64,000 nt of DNA from the NCBI GenBank assembly GCA_965205975.1, contig OZ242195.1, forward strand, positions 3,168,001 through 3,232,000, read 5' to 3'. Each line of letters opens with the position of its first letter. Position 1 is the stretch's first letter. Positions 58,626-64,000 of this stretch are shown here, one piece after another. The stretch comes from Candidatus Latescibacterota bacterium (GTDB lineage Bacteria > Latescibacterota > UBA2968). The translations under genes were made by a program, and so were the position numbers. Under the pieces are notes generated by a model, which was not told the DNA's origin, ran no database searches, and saw only the letters and a list, made by a program, of their open reading frames with translations.

Positions 58626-59414
58626 CTACGGCGTCCCTCTTCTCCCACCTCCATCCATATAAATCGAACTACCAAACACATAAGAACACGCCTCAGACGC
58701 CAAAAAAGTAACGACATTGGCGATCTCTTCAGGCTCGGCCATGCGTCCGGCGGGCAACTCCGCGCCCAGATCTTTGAGCACCGCCTCGACATCTCGCCCC
58801 TCGCGGTCTGCCCGCGCCCTTTGTTGCGAACGTGCCCGAGGCGTATTCGTCAGTCCCGGGCAAACCGCATTCACCAGAACACCATCGCCAGACACCGCAT
58901 CGGACAATGCGCGCGTCATATTCAAAATAATCGCATTTGCCGCCCCCGTCGGAATATTGCCCCGCGTAGGACTCGTACCCGCACCACCTGCAATATTGAC
59001 AATGCGCCCCCATCCATTTTCCCGCATCATCGGAATCACCAGTTGCGCCATCCGCAAATAACTATAGCTCTTCAACGCCAACGCCTCGCTAATCTGCGCC
59101 ACATCCAAATCCAAAATATCGGCATTGCGCGCAGCCCCCACATTATTGACCAGCACATCCACCCCTCCAAACGCGCCTATGGCCTCATTCACCACCACCT
59201 CGCAATTTTCTTCCCGCGTCAAATCGACCGCAATCGCATGCCCTTCCCCGCCCGCTGCATCGATCTCGGCAACCACCGCATCCAACGTCTCCCGTGTACG
59301 CGCCGCAATACACACACGCGCCCCTTCCCGCGCCAATGCCAGCGCGCAGCAACGCCCAATCCCCTGACTGCCACCCGTAACAACCGCCCGTTTTCCTCTC
59401 AATCCCAAATCCAT
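58626..59414 (-). CDS. SDR oxidoreductase
   Basis: TGGSQGIG, LVNNVG, VNAVCPG, MDGG. Confidence 0.92.
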   Translation of the reverse strand: MDLGLRGKRAVVTGGSQGIGRCCALALAREGARVCIAARTRETLDAVVAEIDAAGGEGHAIAVDLTREENCEVVVNEAIGAFGGVDVLVNNVGAARNADILDLDVAQISEALALKSYSYLRMAQLVIPMMRENGWGRIVNIAGGAGTSPTRGNIPTGAANAIILNMTRALSDAVSGDGVLVNAVCPGLTNTPRARSQQRARADREGRDVEAVLKDLGAELPAGRMAEPEEIANVVTFLASEACSYVFGSSIYMDGGGRRGTP

Positions 59415-59433
59415 CTCACACCCCAATTACTCA

Positions 59434-59584
59434 CTGACGTTACGCAGATCTGGCGTTTTGTCATGCTGAGCGGAGTGAAACGGAGCCGAAGCATCTGTTC
59501 CACCTGCGTCAGTAATAGATTTTTCGACTCCGCTGTGCTCCGCTCAAAATGACAGGCCCATTTGTGCATAATGCGTAACATTAG
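59434..59584. mobile_element. 151-bp MITE-like element with 13-bp TIR and 7-bp TSD
   Basis: CTGACGTTACGCA / TGCGTAACATTAG termini (11 of 13 complementary); TTACTCA at 59427-59433 and 59585-59591; internal TGTCA...TGACA palindrome 59459-59554. Confidence 0.75.
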
Positions 59585-60364
59585 TTACTCAATCTCCGAT
59601 CTAATCCCATCCCACTCCCGCCAAATATCCATAAACACATCCTTGCCATTCTTTTTTATATCTACATGCCTCGCCCTGAAAATCACGGCATATCGAATAT
59701 CTGGACACGCATTAATCGCCGCCGTATGAATAATCTGATGATGCGCCAAAATGAGGTCGCCAGGCTCACCGGTCAGTTGCACCGGCCCCTGGGGCACCGT
59801 CACATCGGGCATGTAATTCAACAAAATCTCATGCCCTTTTTCCCGAAACACATCCTCCATCACATGGTGTGACTTTGGCCAAACCGTAAAATTGCCGCAA
59901 TACGACGCGGGCACATCGTCCAGATACACCACAGCAAAAGCCGTAAAATCCCGGCTGTACCCACTCTCTTCAACTGTCCCCCTCAAAAAATCGCGCGCCT
60001 TTGCAATCCCATCCAGATGTCCACCCGTTCGCAATGGCGGACCCGCAGTCGCGAGTTGGGGATCTCTTTGCGGCGTCCCAACCCCCGCGGGAAAATTCAG
60101 CTTCACAGCACCGTGGCCCTGGCGCTGCAAATTCCCCTTGCCCATTGCCGATTCGAGCAATGGAAACACCGGCGTCTCGTTAAACATATCCGTAATCACC
60201 GGCATCGCGCGAACATCCGCAAAAGAACGCCTATCGCCCTTCCCAATCTCCGCATTAATCGCCTGTCGCGCCGCCGCCACCATCACCCCCGGCACAGCAC
60301 CCTCAATTTTCAAAAACCCTTCTCTGTAAAATTCCAACTTCTGCAATTTTGTCAATTCCATCAC
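59585..60364 (-). CDS. Phytanoyl-CoA dioxygenase (PhyH) family protein
   Basis: FYREGFLKI, HLD, GNFTVWPKSH, PGDLILAH..IIH. Confidence 0.85.
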   Translation of the reverse strand: MMELTKLQKLEFYREGFLKIEGAVPGVMVAAARQAINAEIGKGDRRSFADVRAMPVITDMFNETPVFPLLESAMGKGNLQRQGHGAVKLNFPAGVGTPQRDPQLATAGPPLRTGGHLDGIAKARDFLRGTVEESGYSRDFTAFAVVYLDDVPASYCGNFTVWPKSHHVMEDVFREKGHEILLNYMPDVTVPQGPVQLTGEPGDLILAHHQIIHTAAINACPDIRYAVIFRARHVDIKKNGKDVFMDIWREWDGIRSEIE

Positions 60365-60418
60365 ACGCTCCTCACGGTGACCACAGACCCCAATCTATGG
60401 GAGTCCTCCATCAATCCT

Positions 60419-61279
60419 TCAATTCCACGACGTCACACCCAACAACTTCTCACCCAATTCCGTCAACTTCGCCGGCTTCTGCGTTTTGTGTTCCCAATCC
60501 CTCGGATCACCCGGCCAGCGGGGCGTGGGCCTGCAATCTCGCCATGCCTGAATGCGCTCTTCCCGCTCTGCCTCTCCTCGACCCTCTGCTGGCGACATCG
60601 TGATATACTGCGCCAGACGGGGCCTATTCGAACGGTTATGTCCATTGCCGTGTGCCAGCAACCGATGCCAGATCAAAAGATCGCCCGCCTTGCCCGGAAT
60701 TGACTTCACCTCCAGATCATCCAGATTGGGTCGCCTGGGATCGCGATCCTCTGGTTGCGTCTTGACCCACTCCTCAAAAATATTATTAAACCCAGGCACA
60801 CACTGAAACCCGCCCTGATCCTCTGAAGTATCCGTCAAATACAACACCCCCTGCACCCCAAAAGGCACTTTGGGCACAGACGTATCCGTATCCCAGTGAA
60901 TCATACCCTCATTTTGCCAATCGGGTTTATCCGCCCGCGAAGGCGGCTTCATATTCGCGCGATCCAGGGACACCCACAACTTCTCCGTACCCCAAATTTC
61001 GGAAAACGCCTGATGCAAGCGTGGATACTGTCTGTTATCCCACAATGCCTGATGCTGATAAATCTCCACCATCCCCGACGCCGCAATCATCGAACACGGA
61101 TTCCCGCGCGTATAGGGTTTGTACTTGTACCAATCCTCTTTATTATCGCGATCCATATCCAAAAATGTCCAGACCGCATCCACCATCGCATCCAAATTTT
61201 CCTGCGGCACCGCATTGTGTACCACCACATACCCATTCTCCCGCCAAAAATCCCAATCCTTCTCGCTCAAAACTGGCAT
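60419..61279 (-). CDS. Phytanoyl-CoA dioxygenase (PhyH) family protein
   Basis: WRENGYVVV, HWD, GGFQCVPG, AGDLLIWH..LAHGNG. Confidence 0.88.
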   Translation of the reverse strand: MPVLSEKDWDFWRENGYVVVHNAVPQENLDAMVDAVWTFLDMDRDNKEDWYKYKPYTRGNPCSMIAASGMVEIYQHQALWDNRQYPRLHQAFSEIWGTEKLWVSLDRANMKPPSRADKPDWQNEGMIHWDTDTSVPKVPFGVQGVLYLTDTSEDQGGFQCVPGFNNIFEEWVKTQPEDRDPRRPNLDDLEVKSIPGKAGDLLIWHRLLAHGNGHNRSNRPRLAQYITMSPAEGRGEAEREERIQAWRDCRPTPRWPGDPRDWEHKTQKPAKLTELGEKLLGVTSWN

Positions 61280-61325
61280 CTTTGTTCTCCTTTTCTTTGA
61301 AGTACTCCCCGCACCTTCACCCTTC

Positions 61326-62226
61326 TCACTTCACCCTTCTCACTTCAGTCCCCGCAGTCTTCTCCGCCACCTTAATCGACGCTGTCTGATCTTCATCGCC
61401 CAACCCCATCCCCATCGCTATGGTCTGAATTTGATACGCCGCCGCGCCCATCAAATTTGTCGCACCCAGTGAAGCGGCCATCTGCGCAGCCAAACCGAGA
61501 TCCTTGTGCGACAACTGCAACTTAAAATAGGGTTCAAAATTTCGCACCAGGGCGCGGCGCTTGAAACTCCCCTGCAAATGCGACGAATTTGCAGCCGTAT
61601 TCGACATCACATTCCACAGCACACCCACATCCAATCCCGCAGCCGCACCCATCGCAAACGCCTCACCCAACAGCGTAGCAACCGAACACGACACCAGATT
61701 ATTGACCAGCTTAGTCGTCACCCCCATGCCCAACTCGCCACAATAAAACTGCTCATCGCCCAGAGTATCCAGCACATCTTGCACAGACGCCACCACATCG
61801 GCGTCGCCGCCAATCATCAGCGTCAATCCCCCCCCGTGCCGCATCTGCCGGACCCTTGCCCACAGGCACATCCAGCATATACCCGCCCTTTTCCGCTGTA
61901 ACCCTGCCAACCTTGCGCGTCGTATCCGGATCAATCGAACTCATATCGATATAAACCTGACCCTCGGACAACCCGGAAACAATACCATCCGGTCCCAAAG
62001 CGACTTGCTCAACAGCCTGTGGCGTCGGCAGCGAAGAAATAACAACCTCCGACTGCTCGGCAACCGCCCGGGGCGTATTCACCCCCGTTGCCCCCTTCTC
62101 CTGCAAAACCTGCACCGCTTCATCGCGCAAATCGTGAACCGCGACATCATAGCCACTCGCAACCAGATGGCTCGCCATCCCACCGCCCATCATCCCCAGT
62201 CCCACATATCCCAATTTTCGTTTCAC
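61326..62226 (-). pseudogene. 3-hydroxyisobutyrate dehydrogenase-family oxidoreductase, frameshifted at C8 run 61828-61835
   Basis: N-half GYVGLGMMG...DVPVGKG in ORF 61753..62226; C-half LTLMIGGD...KLVNN...KDL in ORF 61326..61934; deleting one G joins them. Confidence 0.85.
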
Positions 62227-62252
62227 TATCTCACCTCTTCAAATGCTAAATG

Positions 62253-62726
62253 TTAATTATCTCTCGGATCCGGATGAATTGGATCAACCCAATACACCTT
62301 CTCCGGCTCTTCAACAACCGGAATATCCAGATTCACCACCACAGGCTCCTGATCGCTACGCACCAGCACGCACTCCAGAGGCTCATCCACACTGGCATTG
62401 ATCTCCTGATGCGGCACATAGGGCGGCACATAGATAAAATCACCCGGACCCGCCTCCGCCACATACTCCAGCTGATCACCCCAGCGCATACGCGCCTTCC
62501 CGCTCACCACATAAATCACACTCTCCAGCGCCCCGTGATGATGCGCGCCAGTCTTTGCATTCGGATGAATCTCAACCGTACCTGCCCACAGCTTCTCGGC
62601 ACCCGCACTCGCCCGATTAATCGCCGCCGCCCGCGTCATCCCCGGCGTCTGCGGCGTATTAAAATCCAACTGATCACCCGTCACCACCCGCACCCCGTGA
62701 TTGCGCCAATCCTTATTTTCTAACAT
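62253..62726 (-). CDS. Cupin-domain protein
   Basis: TGAHHHGALES, GDFIYVPPYVPHQEIN. Confidence 0.88.
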   Translation of the reverse strand: MLENKDWRNHGVRVVTGDQLDFNTPQTPGMTRAAAINRASAGAEKLWAGTVEIHPNAKTGAHHHGALESVIYVVSGKARMRWGDQLEYVAEAGPGDFIYVPPYVPHQEINASVDEPLECVLVRSDQEPVVVNLDIPVVEEPEKVYWVDPIHPDPRDN

Positions 62727-62749
62727 AACACCTCCATCGCATTATCCAC

Positions 62750-63133
62750 TCACGTATATGCCTCTTCAGCTTCTTTTATTAATTGATCAATCTCCGGTTT
62801 ATACGAGGATATCACAGTATCGGGCAGGTGTTTGTGATGTGGAAAACTCGACAAGTCTGGAAAATGAGGCGTACTATCATAGCGAAAAATCAAGCGATTA
62901 TTCTCGTCTTGACAATGATAGCGATAGTCGAGCGAAACGAGAGAATTGTCTTCTACAACAACAGCTTCGTTAATCTCCAGCAAATGCCCTTGATCGAAAC
63001 GAAGCCTGATACGCAGATTAACCCTTTCCGGCGTGAGTATTTCTTCAACATAACGCTCAACATAAGCATCGCTGCACTGAAGAATAGCCTGCGTCACCTT
63101 CTCTAAGTAATCGGATAGAATCTCATGCAACAT
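62750..63133 (-). CDS. DUF6516/TumE-like toxin
   Basis: YRYHCQ...IFRYDSTPHFPDLSSFPHHKH. Confidence 0.75.
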   Translation of the reverse strand: MLHEILSDYLEKVTQAILQCSDAYVERYVEEILTPERVNLRIRLRFDQGHLLEINEAVVVEDNSLVSLDYRYHCQDENNRLIFRYDSTPHFPDLSSFPHHKHLPDTVISSYKPEIDQLIKEAEEAYT

Positions 63134-63353
63134 CGGGCAGGAATTTCTCTAATTTTTGACGGAGTTCTAAATAGTGGCGATAATCGTTCGCCCACTCTAC
63201 AAATACAATATCATCTGACAGTTGTCCCCGGCTATACTGGTCAAAGAACTCCTCTGAGTCCATCTGCTGCCGACTCTCATACGTACTTAACCGCTTTGTC
63301 ACTGCAACCAGTGCATCAATGGGCGAAGTATATTGAATAATTTGTTTTCGCAT
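63123..63353 (-). CDS. TumA-like antitoxin
   Basis: LSTYE...MDSEEFF...G.L.D...FVEWANDY; overlaps the toxin start. Confidence 0.7.
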   Translation of the reverse strand: MRKQIIQYTSPIDALVAVTKRLSTYESRQQMDSEEFFDQYSRGQLSDDIVFVEWANDYRHYLELRQKLEKFLPDVA

Positions 63354-63416
63354 GGGAATCTCTCCTTTGTCCAAATACCACAATATACCCAGATAGTGGA
63401 TGAGAATCAAAAGCCC

Positions 63417-64000
63417 TTATCCAATCGCCTCGCGCTCGCGCCAGCGATACATCCGCAAAGCCGGATCACTGGTCTCCACCATCCACTGCTGCAACCGCGC
63501 TTTTAATCGCGCCACATCATCGGCATAATCGGGATCATCAATCACATTATTCATCTCATGTGGATCGTTCTTCAGATCGTACAACTCGTCCTGCCCCGTC
63601 AAATTACACCCGTATTTCAAATCCCCCATACGCAGCATCTTCATCGACGTAGCCACATTGCCCAACCCCAAAAACTCCGTCACCACAGCATCCCGCCAAC
63701 CCGTCGCCTCACCGCGAACAAGCGGCAACAGCGACGCACCGTGAATCGCATCCCCATCGTAATCTCCACCAGCCAGATCCAAAATCGTGGGATACATATC
63801 CGCCAGCGAAGCAAACTCCGCAACGCGCGCTCCCGCATGCGAACCATCCGGCAGCCGGATAATCATCGGAACATGATGCGTCTCTTCAAAATGATGCCAT
63901 CCCTTATCCAGCAACCCCCCGTGACTGCCCAACGTCTCGCCGTGATCCGCCGTAAAAATCAGCACCGTATTGTCCAACTCCCCACTCGCCTTCAAATAAT
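63417..64000 (-). CDS. Sulfatase family protein, C-terminal part (runs off window end)
   Basis: NTVLIFTADHGE, DMYPTILDL, ELYDLKNDPHE. Confidence 0.88.
   Translation of the reverse strand, partial: YLKASGELDNTVLIFTADHGETLGSHGGLLDKGWHHFEETHHVPMIIRLPDGSHAGARVAEFASLADMYPTILDLAGGDYDGDAIHGASLLPLVRGEATGWRDAVVTEFLGLGNVATSMKMLRMGDLKYGCNLTGQDELYDLKNDPHEMNNVIDDPDYADDVARLKARLQQWMVETSDPALRMYRWREREAIG

Noticed and set aside
1..64000. tRNA, rRNA, prophage or integrase genes
   Set aside because: None recognised by eye; a tRNAscan/Rfam run would be needed to exclude small RNAs

Overview
Bacterial chromosomal window of moderate GC, probably from an FCB-superphylum organism (inferred from the SusC/SusD pair, the FlgD/T9SS-like C-terminal domain and many PhyH, sulfatase and enolase genes). 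The left half is dominated by metal and cofactor scavenging. 1-10.5 kb is a zinc-starvation-type island: Fur/Zur regulator, COG0523 GTPase, ZrgBCD-like ABC/DUF3299, MerC-domain protein, His-rich lipoprotein, and two tandem copies of a leader peptide/lipoprotein/TonB receptor cassette separated by a vapBC pair. 11.5-24.5 kb is a cobalamin-riboswitch-controlled uptake and salvage operon (btuF, btuB, btuG-like, cobO, cbiZ, cbiB, btuD, btuC) interrupted by a secreted Cache protein and a hicBA module broken by a tnpB-only IS200/IS605 element. Next come Zn-free rpmG/rpmB, folE2, hemB, cysS, lgt, an orphan adenine methyltransferase and copper chaperones. The right half holds catabolic enzymes, SusCD, an RND permease, two more toxin-antitoxin pairs and a 151-bp MITE with a 7-bp target duplication. 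The strongest discovery candidate is the duplicated His/CxxC leader peptide ending in RAPP/RSPP whose last codons are complementary to the Shine-Dalgarno of the next gene in both copies, i.e. a probable ribosome-stalling metal attenuator in a zinc rather than copper context. Second is an apparently unnamed ~90-aa module shared by two unrelated secreted proteins. All family assignments come from motif recognition, not database searches.
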